64,000 nt of DNA, taken from an uncultured delta proteobacterium. GTDB lineage: Bacteria; Desulfobacterota; Desulfobacteria; Desulfobacterales; B30-G6. Location of the stretch: positions 128,314 through 192,313 of the forward strand of contig CAWGLD010000006.1 in assembly GCA_963823335.1 (NCBI GenBank), written 5' to 3'. Both the position numbers and the translations under genes were made by a program. The notes under the pieces are model-generated. The model was not told the origin of the DNA, did not search any database, and was given only the letters and a program-made list of their open reading frames with translations. Positions 35,637 through 43,503 of the stretch are shown here, in pieces; the first letter of the stretch is position 1, and the number at the start of each line of letters is the position of its first letter.

Positions 35637-36728
35637 ATGACCCAGAATCACTTAAAAAATATCCATATCCCCTTACTAAAATGGTACGACCACAACTGCC
35701 GGAATCTGCCCTGGAGAGAAACAAGCGACCCATATGCCATATGGGTTTCGGAAGTCATGCTGCAACAGACGCAGGTCAAAACGGTTATTCCCTATTACCA
35801 GCGATTTTTGGACGCCTTCCCAACCATACAGGATCTGGCGGCTTCAGACCTTCAAACCGTGTTAAAGATCTGGGAAGGTCTGGGATACTACGGGCGCGCC
35901 CGCAATATGCATCGTGCGGCCCATATCGTTGTGCAAGACTGTCATGGAACCTTTCCTGGCACATGGGAGCATATCCGCAACCTGCCGGGTATCGGTGATT
36001 ACATTGCCGCTGCTGTAATGAGCATCGTCTTCAACGGACAGCATGCCGTCGTGGATGGCAATGTCAAACGGGTTCTGGCACGTCTTCTCAGGGTCGACAC
36101 GCCGGTGAATCAGGCTTCTGCGGGCAACACGTTTAAGAAGTATGCCGATAAATTGCTCTATAAACCAGAACCCGGAAAATACAACCAGGCGATTATGGAA
36201 CTGGGTGCCCTGATCTGTACACCCTACGCTCCGCTTTGCGACACGTGTCCGATTCAACCGGTATGCCAGGCATACCAAACGTCTACGGTGGACATTTATC
36301 CCAAGCGCGTTAAGAAACAACAGACGCCTCTTTACAACATCGCCATCGGTGTCGTTATTAACCATGATAGGGTACTGATTACCCAGCGTCGTAACGATGG
36401 TCTGTTGGGGGGATTGTGGGAATTTCCGGGCGGTAAAATTAAAAAGGACGAAACATCTGCGAAAGCATGTATCCGTGAAATCAAGGAAGAAACCGGTCTG
36501 ACGGTTGCAGTTCATCAGTACTTGACTCAGGTCAAGCATGCCTATACCCATTTCAAGATCAGTGCGGATGTGTATATTTGTGACATTGTTTCTGGTATGG
36601 TTGCCCTGAATGGCCCGGTGGACTATCGATGGATCACACTGGAACAGATTGATGATTATCCATTTCCCAAGGCAAATCATAAGTTTATTCCTCGCCTCAG
36701 AGAGGCGATGGACGGAATGCAGGGGTGA
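35637..36728 (+). CDS. mutY: A/G-specific adenine DNA glycosylase
   Basis: 363 aa. It has LPWRETSDPYAIWVSEVMLQQTQV, an Fe-S cluster loop (CTPYAPLCDTCPIQPVC) and a NUDIX-like C-terminal domain. Confidence 0.9.
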   Translation: MTQNHLKNIHIPLLKWYDHNCRNLPWRETSDPYAIWVSEVMLQQTQVKTVIPYYQRFLDAFPTIQDLAASDLQTVLKIWEGLGYYGRARNMHRAAHIVVQDCHGTFPGTWEHIRNLPGIGDYIAAAVMSIVFNGQHAVVDGNVKRVLARLLRVDTPVNQASAGNTFKKYADKLLYKPEPGKYNQAIMELGALICTPYAPLCDTCPIQPVCQAYQTSTVDIYPKRVKKQQTPLYNIAIGVVINHDRVLITQRRNDGLLGGLWEFPGGKIKKDETSAKACIREIKEETGLTVAVHQYLTQVKHAYTHFKISADVYICDIVSGMVALNGPVDYRWITLEQIDDYPFPKANHKFIPRLREAMDGMQG

Positions 36729-36905
36729 AGGGGCGAAGGGTGATACAAGGGTTGGAGGGTAGCTAACAGCTATCAGCGATAAACCACTAAACGGGATAAA
36801 CCGGAAAAGGTAAAAGGCTTTTAAGAAATACGAGGGTCGAAAGGACGAAAAGGTTCTAAGGGTCTTAGGGTTGCTATGAGCTTGTAGTCGTGAGCTTTAA
36901 CTGTT
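36719..36905 (+). repeat. W1 G arm + core + interior module, no matching C arm
   Basis: The arm overlaps the mutY TGA (36726-36728). The core is GGTAGCTAACAGCTATCAGCGATAAACC. The interior ATAAACCGGAAAAGGTAAAAGGCTTTTAAG is homologous to 40108-40132. Confidence 0.7.
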
Positions 36906-36948
36906 GACACCCAATGCCATTAACGTTAAGTATTTTAGATGAACTGCA

Positions 36949-37032
36949 GAATATCGAACAAGAAATATCGAATTTCGAAGTGTTTTCTTTGACTTCTGCG
37001 GTTCGAAATTTATTGTTCAATATTCGATATTT
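36949..37032. repeat. W11 hairpin element
   Basis: GAATATCGAACAAGAAATATCGAATTTCGAAG, a loop, then CGGTTCGAAATTTATTGTTCAATATTCGATATTT. Confidence 0.7.
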
Positions 37033-37054
37033 ATTTTCAACCAACAGGTTTTAC

Positions 37055-37945
37055 ATGATAATCAAAGAACGTCACTTCGGCCCCATATGGTTCATTCCTG
37101 GGGATAACAAGGGTAAATATCCATTCTGTCACTCCATCTATATCGAAGGACCCGGCATCCTGATCGACCCGGCATCCAACCGTGAAAGACTGATGGAGCT
37201 TAAAAAAGATCCTGGTGTAAAGAGCATATGGCTGAGTCACTGGCATGAAGATCATTTCATGCATCTCGACCTTTTCGATGAATTGCCGTTCATGGTGTCC
37301 CGGGAAGACGCCCCTCCCCTTTCCGGTATTGAGAACTTTCTCGATGCTTATGGCATTGAGCCGCAGGCGCGTGATGAATGGCGATCTTTGGCCACTGATT
37401 TTTTTCATTTTCATTCCAGGAAACCACATGCATTTCTTCCGGTTGGTTCATCACTCTCCTTTGGGTCCATTCATGTAGAACTCCTGGCCGTGCCAGGTCA
37501 TACCCCCGGAAGTATTGCCTTGCATTTTCCTGACAACGGTATTCTGTTCATGGCCGATTATGACCTGACCCCTTTCGGGCCCTGGTATGGTGATGTGGAA
37601 TCGAGTATCGAACAAACCATAGCATCCATCAAAAAGCTGAGCCAGATACCGGCATCCACCTGGCTGACGTCCCATGAACAAGGTGTATTTGAGCAACCGC
37701 CCGGCCCATTGTGGCAACGCTATCTGGATGTTATCCATGAACGTGAAGCAAAACTATTGGCCCTCCTTGAAAGGCCTTGTTCCATCCAAGATATCGTCAA
37801 CGCTTGGATCGTCTATCGTAAGCCGAGAGAACCACTCTCTTTCTATGTTTTTACTGAAAAAGCTTTGATGACAAAACACCTGGAGCTATTGATGCGCAAG
37901 GGTCTTGTTAAACAGGATAACGGTAACTACACGAGGATTGCATGA
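37055..37945 (+). CDS. MBL-fold metallo-hydrolase
   Basis: The HWHEDH metal motif is present. The start was moved to the ATG at 37055, because upstream ORF-track codons translate a W11 repeat. Confidence 0.75.
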   Translation: MIIKERHFGPIWFIPGDNKGKYPFCHSIYIEGPGILIDPASNRERLMELKKDPGVKSIWLSHWHEDHFMHLDLFDELPFMVSREDAPPLSGIENFLDAYGIEPQARDEWRSLATDFFHFHSRKPHAFLPVGSSLSFGSIHVELLAVPGHTPGSIALHFPDNGILFMADYDLTPFGPWYGDVESSIEQTIASIKKLSQIPASTWLTSHEQGVFEQPPGPLWQRYLDVIHEREAKLLALLERPCSIQDIVNAWIVYRKPREPLSFYVFTEKALMTKHLELLMRKGLVKQDNGNYTRIA

Positions 37946-38349
37946 GCACAGATACAGATGTCATTGGCTACATGAAAAAAATCACAGTCGCTCTGGAGGC
38001 AGGTACATCTCCGGACAACATGGATTTAAGTAAACACCCCTTCTCATTTCAGTTCATTTATGGCGTGGGTACCGAGGGTGTCTGTCTGTTTGAAAAGGCT
38101 CTTTATGAAAAACGGTCAGGTGAAAAAATCCTCTTGCAGGTAAATCCGCGCCAGGCAGGAGAGATCTTTGGTCATCTCAGGCAAGCCTTGATGGGCTTTC
38201 TGCCCAAGACCGCTCCCTTTTATTTGAAAACAACGGTAACCGTCATCGAAACCGCGGATAATCGTGAAATAGTGCGGGCCATATCCAAAGGAGCTGGGTC
38301 AAGTGATTGCGGTGGAGGCTGTGATTGTGGTTGCGACTGTGATTGTTGA
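37942..38349 (+). CDS. hypothetical protein with Cys/Asp-rich C-terminal tail
   Basis: 135 aa. Its start overlaps the MBL stop (ATGA). The tail is SSDCGGGCDCGCDCDC. The body loosely recalls SlyD/FKBP-type chaperones. Confidence 0.5.
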   Translation: MSTDTDVIGYMKKITVALEAGTSPDNMDLSKHPFSFQFIYGVGTEGVCLFEKALYEKRSGEKILLQVNPRQAGEIFGHLRQALMGFLPKTAPFYLKTTVTVIETADNREIVRAISKGAGSSDCGGGCDCGCDCDC

Positions 38350-38386
38350 ACCACGGGAACTTTTGTTAACCCTTCGGAATTCTGAA

Positions 38387-38409
38387 ATAAAATCGTGCAA
38401 CGATTTTAT
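38387..38409. repeat. W8 hairpin A only
   Basis: ATAAAATCG-TGCAA-CGATTTTAT. Confidence 0.6.
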
Positions 38410-38444
38410 TTGCATTCGATCTTAAAAAATAGTATTTCACATAC

Positions 38445-38470
38445 AGCTATTTTAAAGCTATAATAAAGCT
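38445..38470. promoter_or_regulatory. triple AGCT-N7-AGCT-N7-AGCT candidate operator upstream of the Mo enzyme genes
   Basis: AGCTattttaaAGCTataataaAGCT. Confidence 0.35.
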
Positions 38471-38597
38471 ATAAAACCGCATCAAAAAACCTCGAACATG
38501 AAAGCAGTGCTGTATATCAGGTTTTCTGACGAGTGAGCACGTCTTTCTCCTGCGGTTTTATCAATCGCAAAATGGGATACCCCATTTCGCTCTAAGA

Positions 38598-38638
38598 GCG
38601 ACGAAGTCGCGTATGATAAATTCGTAGAACGAATTTAT
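38598..38638. repeat. W8 bipartite hairpin, reverse orientation
   Basis: GCGAC-GAA-GTCGC, then GTATG, then ATAAATTCG-TAGAA-CGAATTTAT. It ends 15 nt before the ATG at 38654. Confidence 0.7.
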
Positions 38639-38653
38639 AGGGGGTAACGACGC

Positions 38654-39151
38654 ATGAAACATGAAATCACATTGAAGGTCAACAATGACACTTATTCTCT
38701 GGCCATTGACCCCTGGCGTACCTTGAACGAGGTTTTGCGGGAAGATTTAAATCTTACCGGAACGAAACTTGGATGTGGTTCCGGAGATTGTGGTGCCTGT
38801 ACCGTGATTGTGGACGGGCGCTCCATCAGTTCATGTCTCACGCTGGCTGTGGAAATGGACCAGAAGGATATTATGACCATCGAAGGTTTGGCCCCTTCCG
38901 GTGAAAAATTGCATCCCATCCAGGAGGCGTTTATTGAAAAAGGCGCCATCCAGTGCGGTTTTTGCACACCCGGCATGGAACTGTCTGCTTACAATCTGCT
39001 CTCGCAGAATCCACAACCAAGCGAGATAGAAATCAGGGAATCCCTTTCTGGTAATTTGTGTCGCTGTACCGGATACACCAAAATCGTGGAGGCTATCGCG
39101 GAGTCTGCCGATAAAATGAAGCCCAAAAAGAGTAAAGGAAGAAAGAAATGA
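38654..39151 (+). CDS. xanthine-dehydrogenase-family enzyme, [2Fe-2S] small subunit
   Basis: 165 aa. CGSGDCGACTV and CGFCTPG ... CRCTGY cluster motifs are present. Confidence 0.9.
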   Translation: MKHEITLKVNNDTYSLAIDPWRTLNEVLREDLNLTGTKLGCGSGDCGACTVIVDGRSISSCLTLAVEMDQKDIMTIEGLAPSGEKLHPIQEAFIEKGAIQCGFCTPGMELSAYNLLSQNPQPSEIEIRESLSGNLCRCTGYTKIVEAIAESADKMKPKKSKGRKK

Positions 39152-40026
39152 CCCTTTCCAGGTTCGAATTGTTTTCACCTCAAGATTTAAATGAGGCTGT
39201 CGCCCTGCTGAAAGAAAAAGGGAAAGACACATTTGTCATGGCCGGGGGAACCGATCTGCTGATCAAACGACGTCACCAGATTCTCCATCCAAAAACGATT
39301 GTCAGTCTTAAGAAAATCGGTGGATTGAATCGTATTTCATTCAGTGCCAACAAAGGTCTTACCATCGGTGCGACGGCATTATTAGGAGATGTCGCCAGGC
39401 ATCCGACTATTCTTGAGATATATCCTGCTATTGCAAAAGCAGCCGCAAATACAGCAAATGTTCAAATCAGAAACATGGGCACCCTTGTAGGAAATCTCTG
39501 CAATGCATCACCTGCGGCTGACAATGCACCCACGCTTTTGGCCATGAACGCTGAGTTGACTATTTTGGGACCCCAGGGCGAAAGAACGATCGCCCTGGAA
39601 GATTTTTTCCTAGGACCTGGTTCTACAGCTCTTCAGTCTGCTGAAATCGTTACATCTGTTTTTGTGCCCACACCACTTCCCGGATCTGGAACCACGTACC
39701 TTCACCTGTCCGCAAGGGGGCGTATCGATTGTTCTGCTGCCAGTACGGGTGTCTCTTTATCTCTGAAAGGTTCCAGGGTCGACAATGTCAGGATTTTTGT
39801 GGGCGCCTGCGGTCCCACGCCTTTGCGAATGCCCAGAACAGAAGAACAACTGATTAATCAAAACATCACCAAAACCATAGCGGAAAAGGCCGGCCTGCAG
39901 GCTTCAAAAGAATCCAAACCCATCTCGGATGTTCGGGCCAATGAGGATTATCGCTCTAAAATGGTAGCGGTTTTGGTAAAGAGGGCCATACTGGAGGCGT
40001 ATGGGCTGGCGCGGGAAAACAAATGA
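39148..40026 (+). CDS. xanthine-dehydrogenase-family enzyme, FAD-binding medium subunit
   Basis: 292 aa. AGGTDL and the CoxM-like layout are present. Its start overlaps the small-subunit stop. Confidence 0.85.
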   Translation: MTLSRFELFSPQDLNEAVALLKEKGKDTFVMAGGTDLLIKRRHQILHPKTIVSLKKIGGLNRISFSANKGLTIGATALLGDVARHPTILEIYPAIAKAAANTANVQIRNMGTLVGNLCNASPAADNAPTLLAMNAELTILGPQGERTIALEDFFLGPGSTALQSAEIVTSVFVPTPLPGSGTTYLHLSARGRIDCSAASTGVSLSLKGSRVDNVRIFVGACGPTPLRMPRTEEQLINQNITKTIAEKAGLQASKESKPISDVRANEDYRSKMVAVLVKRAILEAYGLARENK

Positions 40027-40239
40027 GGGTTCGAGGGTTGGAGGGTGGCTTAAAGCTTTTGGCGATAAGCAGTGAATAAACTGTGGCCTAAACCCTAAAA
40101 TGTATAAACCGGAAAAGATAAAAATCTTTTATCACGAAAGTACGAAAACACGAAAAAGACCATAGAGGGGTTCGAAAGTGGATTTCTACTATCAGCGAAA
40201 AACCCACTCGAACCCTCGACCCCTTGAATCCTTGAACCC
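40025..40239. repeat. W1 hairpin element (215 bp) inside the Mo-enzyme operon, containing a W3 half-element
   Basis: The G arm GAGGGTTCGAGGGTTGGAGGGTGG starts inside the TGA at 40024-40026. The C arm is CCACTCGAACCCTCGACCCCTTGAATCCTTGAACCC (40203-40239). The interior holds ATCACGAAAGTACGAAAACACGAAAAAGACCAT. Confidence 0.8.
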
Positions 40240-40296
40240 TTTTGATTATTAAACATAGTTAGTGAATCTAAGATAAACTGAATTAGAGGTCCCCAT

Positions 40297-42573
40297 ATGA
40301 GTAAAGCCTACACAGTAATTGGCCACGATATTCCCCGAACCGATGGTCGTGAAAAAGCCACCGGCAGCGCAGTTTATACCGATGACATGAAATTGCCGGG
40401 CATGCTGCATGGCAAGCTTTTGAGAAGCCCGGTAGCCCACGCCCGTATTGCTCATATCGATGTGAGCAAGGCTGCTGCCCTACCCGGTGTCAAATGTGTC
40501 ATTACCGGGGAAGATACGCCTAAAATTAAATATGGCAACTGGCGTCTGTTCCCGGCGACCCAGGACGAGTACCCCCTGGCTATCGACAAGGTACGTTTTA
40601 TCGGCGATGAGGTTGCCGCTGTCGCTGCGGTTGACAAGGACATTGCAGCGGAAGCCCTTGAATTGATACGGGTGGAGTATGAGGAGCTGCCGGCTGTTTT
40701 CGATATCGAAAATTCCCTGGCCAAGGGGGCTCCGATTATTCACGAGACATCCCCCAGCAACATCAGCATCGATCGAAAAATTCAATATGGGAGCATTCAA
40801 AAAGGCTTTGCCGAAGCCGATTATGTCAGGGAGGACGTTTTTTCCGTCCACGCTGTCAGTCCGGCCTATCTCGAACCCTGCTCCTCCCTTGCCCAGTGCG
40901 AGATCGATGGAAGAATAACTCTCTGGACATCGACCCAGGTTCCTTATATTGTCCAGTGCCTGCTCGCATCCACACTCAACATGCGCGAAAATGACATCCG
41001 CGTTATCAAACCTGCTGTTGGCGGAGGCTTTGGCGGCAAAATGGAGTTACGTCCCTGGGAATTCTGTGCGGCGTTCATGGCCATCAAAACGGGCAAGCCG
41101 GTCAAATTTACCCTGACCCGCGAGGAAGAGCTCACAACCGGCCGCAGACGTCATCCCATGAAACTGCGCTCCAAAGTAGGCTTCAAGAAAGACGGTACCC
41201 TTCTGGCAAAAGACCTGCATATCTATCTGGATGGTGGCGCCTACAATGCCATGGGACCCACGGCGACTTTTCTGTGCGGAAACTTCGGCGCCATGCTCTA
41301 CCGCTATCCCAATTACCGGTTTGTGGGCGAACATGTGTATACCAACAAGCCACCGGCAAGTGCCATGAGAGGATTTGGTGCGCCACAATCCCTGTTCGCG
41401 GCAGAGTCCCAGATGAATATCGCCGCCCAGGAACTGGGTATCGATCCCATCGATCTGAGGATCAAGAATGCCATGGTCACCGGTGATAAAATCCCGGATG
41501 TCGCCACCGTATCGAGCTGCGGATTCATTGAATCTCTGGAAGCGGTCAGGGAAATGTCAAACTGGAAGAAAAACCGCCGTCGAAAAAAGAAGGGCTATGG
41601 CATCGGTATCGGCTGCTACAGTTTTATTTCCGGGGGCGTGTTCAACTGGTTCAACACCCAGTACCCCTTTTCAGCCGCAGAGGTCAAAGTATTTTCAGAT
41701 GGTACCGCCCATCTGTTGACCATGGCTTCAGATATCGGCCAGGGTGCCAACACGGTTCTCAAACAGATCCTGGCCGAGGAGCTTGGGCTCCGGATGGAGG
41801 ACATCCGTCTCACCGCGGCGGACACCGCCATGACGCCCCAGGCTGATCTGGGAACCTGGGGTAGTCGGGTCACACTTATGGCGGGCAATGCCATCCTGCA
41901 GGCCGCCCGTCAGATAAAAGACGAAATTTTCGGTGCCGTCTCGGCCCGTTTTAACCTGAATGTCATTTTCGACATGGTGTGCAAAGATGGCCAGGTGTAT
42001 GCCGAAGGAAAACCCGACCGGGGAATGTCCTTTGGTGAAGCCGTTGCCATGGTCCAAAAAGCCAATCGAGGGGAGCCGCTCATTGCCAGAGGATATTACA
42101 CACCACGTGGCAAAGGTCTGGTAACGCCCGCTTTCAGTTTTGGTGCACAGGTCGCCGAAGTTGCGGTGGACACGGAAACCGGTATCGTCAAGGTCGAAAA
42201 AATGTATACCGCCCACGACTGCGGAACCGTCATCAACCCCATGGCTGTCGAAGGACAACTGGAGGGCTCTATTCACATGGGTCTCGGGTATGCATTGTCG
42301 GAGGAATTGATTGTGGAGCAAGGCCGCACCCTCAACAACACCTTTCTCGATTATAAAATGCCCACGGCCCTGGATATGCCACCCGGTGAATCCGTCTGCA
42401 TCGAAACCTACGAACCCGAAGGTCCCATGGGTGCCAAAGAAGCCGGTGAAGGCCTGGCCTCCCCCACGGCCCCGGCCATCGCTGAAGCTGTCTATCATGC
42501 CACCGGGTATCGCTGTATGGATCTTCCCATTACAGCGGATAAGGTGCTGAAGGGGCAGAAAAAAAGGGTTTGA
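40297..42573 (+). CDS. xanthine-dehydrogenase-family enzyme, molybdopterin-binding large subunit
   Basis: 758 aa. GGGFGGK, MRGFGAPQ and GAKEAGEG blocks are present. Confidence 0.9.
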   Translation: MSKAYTVIGHDIPRTDGREKATGSAVYTDDMKLPGMLHGKLLRSPVAHARIAHIDVSKAAALPGVKCVITGEDTPKIKYGNWRLFPATQDEYPLAIDKVRFIGDEVAAVAAVDKDIAAEALELIRVEYEELPAVFDIENSLAKGAPIIHETSPSNISIDRKIQYGSIQKGFAEADYVREDVFSVHAVSPAYLEPCSSLAQCEIDGRITLWTSTQVPYIVQCLLASTLNMRENDIRVIKPAVGGGFGGKMELRPWEFCAAFMAIKTGKPVKFTLTREEELTTGRRRHPMKLRSKVGFKKDGTLLAKDLHIYLDGGAYNAMGPTATFLCGNFGAMLYRYPNYRFVGEHVYTNKPPASAMRGFGAPQSLFAAESQMNIAAQELGIDPIDLRIKNAMVTGDKIPDVATVSSCGFIESLEAVREMSNWKKNRRRKKKGYGIGIGCYSFISGGVFNWFNTQYPFSAAEVKVFSDGTAHLLTMASDIGQGANTVLKQILAEELGLRMEDIRLTAADTAMTPQADLGTWGSRVTLMAGNAILQAARQIKDEIFGAVSARFNLNVIFDMVCKDGQVYAEGKPDRGMSFGEAVAMVQKANRGEPLIARGYYTPRGKGLVTPAFSFGAQVAEVAVDTETGIVKVEKMYTAHDCGTVINPMAVEGQLEGSIHMGLGYALSEELIVEQGRTLNNTFLDYKMPTALDMPPGESVCIETYEPEGPMGAKEAGEGLASPTAPAIAEAVYHATGYRCMDLPITADKVLKGQKKRV

Positions 42574-42686
42574 GGGGCTGAGGTTTGGAGGGTTGAAGGG
42601 TGACTGAAAGCTATCAGCGGTAAGCACCTGACAGCCTACAGTCTATTCCAATTTAAAACTCAAAATTAAAAATTAAAAATTGAACT
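42565..42686 (+). repeat. W1 G arm + conserved core + W10 A/T word array
   Basis: AGGGTTTGAGGGGCTGAGGTTTGGAGGGTTGAAGGGTGA contains the TGA at 42571-42573. It is followed by CTGAAAGCTATCAGCGGTAAGCACCTGACAGCCTACAGTCTA and then AAAACTCAAAATTAAAAATTAAAAATTGAAC. Confidence 0.8.
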
Positions 42687-42689
42687 TTC

Positions 42690-43466
42690 ATGCATACAGA
42701 CAACGTCATCCAACACATCGTAAAAGAGTTGAACGCCTATTGTGACAAAGCAGGGTTAAAGGGATTTGTGGTCGGGGTTTCCGGCGGGATCGACTCTGCC
42801 GTCACATCCACACTCAGCGCCAAAACAGGCAGGAAAACCATTGCCCTCAACATGCCTATCCTTCAGGCAAAAAGCCAGGACTCGCTTTCATCCAGTCATA
42901 TTGCCTGGCTTGAAAAAGCTTACCCGAACGTACAGGGAATCCGCGTCGATCTTTCCGAGGCGTTCCTGACTCTATGCAGGACCCTCCCCTCCGATATCCA
43001 GGATGAACTCAGCATGGCCAACACGCGTTCACGACTGCGCATGCTGACCCTGTATGCCTATGCAACCCACTACCGGTTTTTGGTAGTGGGCACCGGCAAC
43101 AAGGTTGAAGATTTCGGGGTGGGGTTTTTTACAAAATACGGCGACGGTGGCGTGGACATTTCACCTATTGCAGATCTTTTAAAATCAGAGGTCTTTTTAC
43201 TAGGTCAAACCCTTGGTGTCATCGAGGACATCATTCATGCCGCTCCCACGGACGGCCTATGGGAAGACAACCGGACCGATGAAAGCCAGATCGGTGCGAG
43301 CTATGCCGAACTGGAATGGGCCATGGCAGCGGCGACCCAGGAGAATACGGACAGCTTCACAGCACGTCAAAAAGAAGTGCTGTCGATTTATCGCCGTTTT
43401 CACGCCCGGAACCGGCATAAAATGGATCCGATACCGGTGATAAAGATACCGGAGAAATTTCGCTGA
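42690..43466 (+). CDS. nadE: NH3-dependent NAD+ synthetase
   Basis: 258 aa. The PP-loop SGGIDSAV and GTGNKVEDFGVGFFTKYGDGG are present. Confidence 0.9.
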   Translation: MHTDNVIQHIVKELNAYCDKAGLKGFVVGVSGGIDSAVTSTLSAKTGRKTIALNMPILQAKSQDSLSSSHIAWLEKAYPNVQGIRVDLSEAFLTLCRTLPSDIQDELSMANTRSRLRMLTLYAYATHYRFLVVGTGNKVEDFGVGFFTKYGDGGVDISPIADLLKSEVFLLGQTLGVIEDIIHAAPTDGLWEDNRTDESQIGASYAELEWAMAAATQENTDSFTARQKEVLSIYRRFHARNRHKMDPIPVIKIPEKFR

Positions 43467-43503
43467 AGTGAAGTTCAATTGAGAGAGTGCTTATGGTTAA
43501 CCG

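Noticed and set aside
38527-38545. A hammerhead ribozyme core suggested by CTGACGAG followed by GTC.
   Set aside because: I could not assemble the three helices and the GAAA element in any permitted circular permutation. The candidate stem III hairpin would have a 1-2 nt loop.
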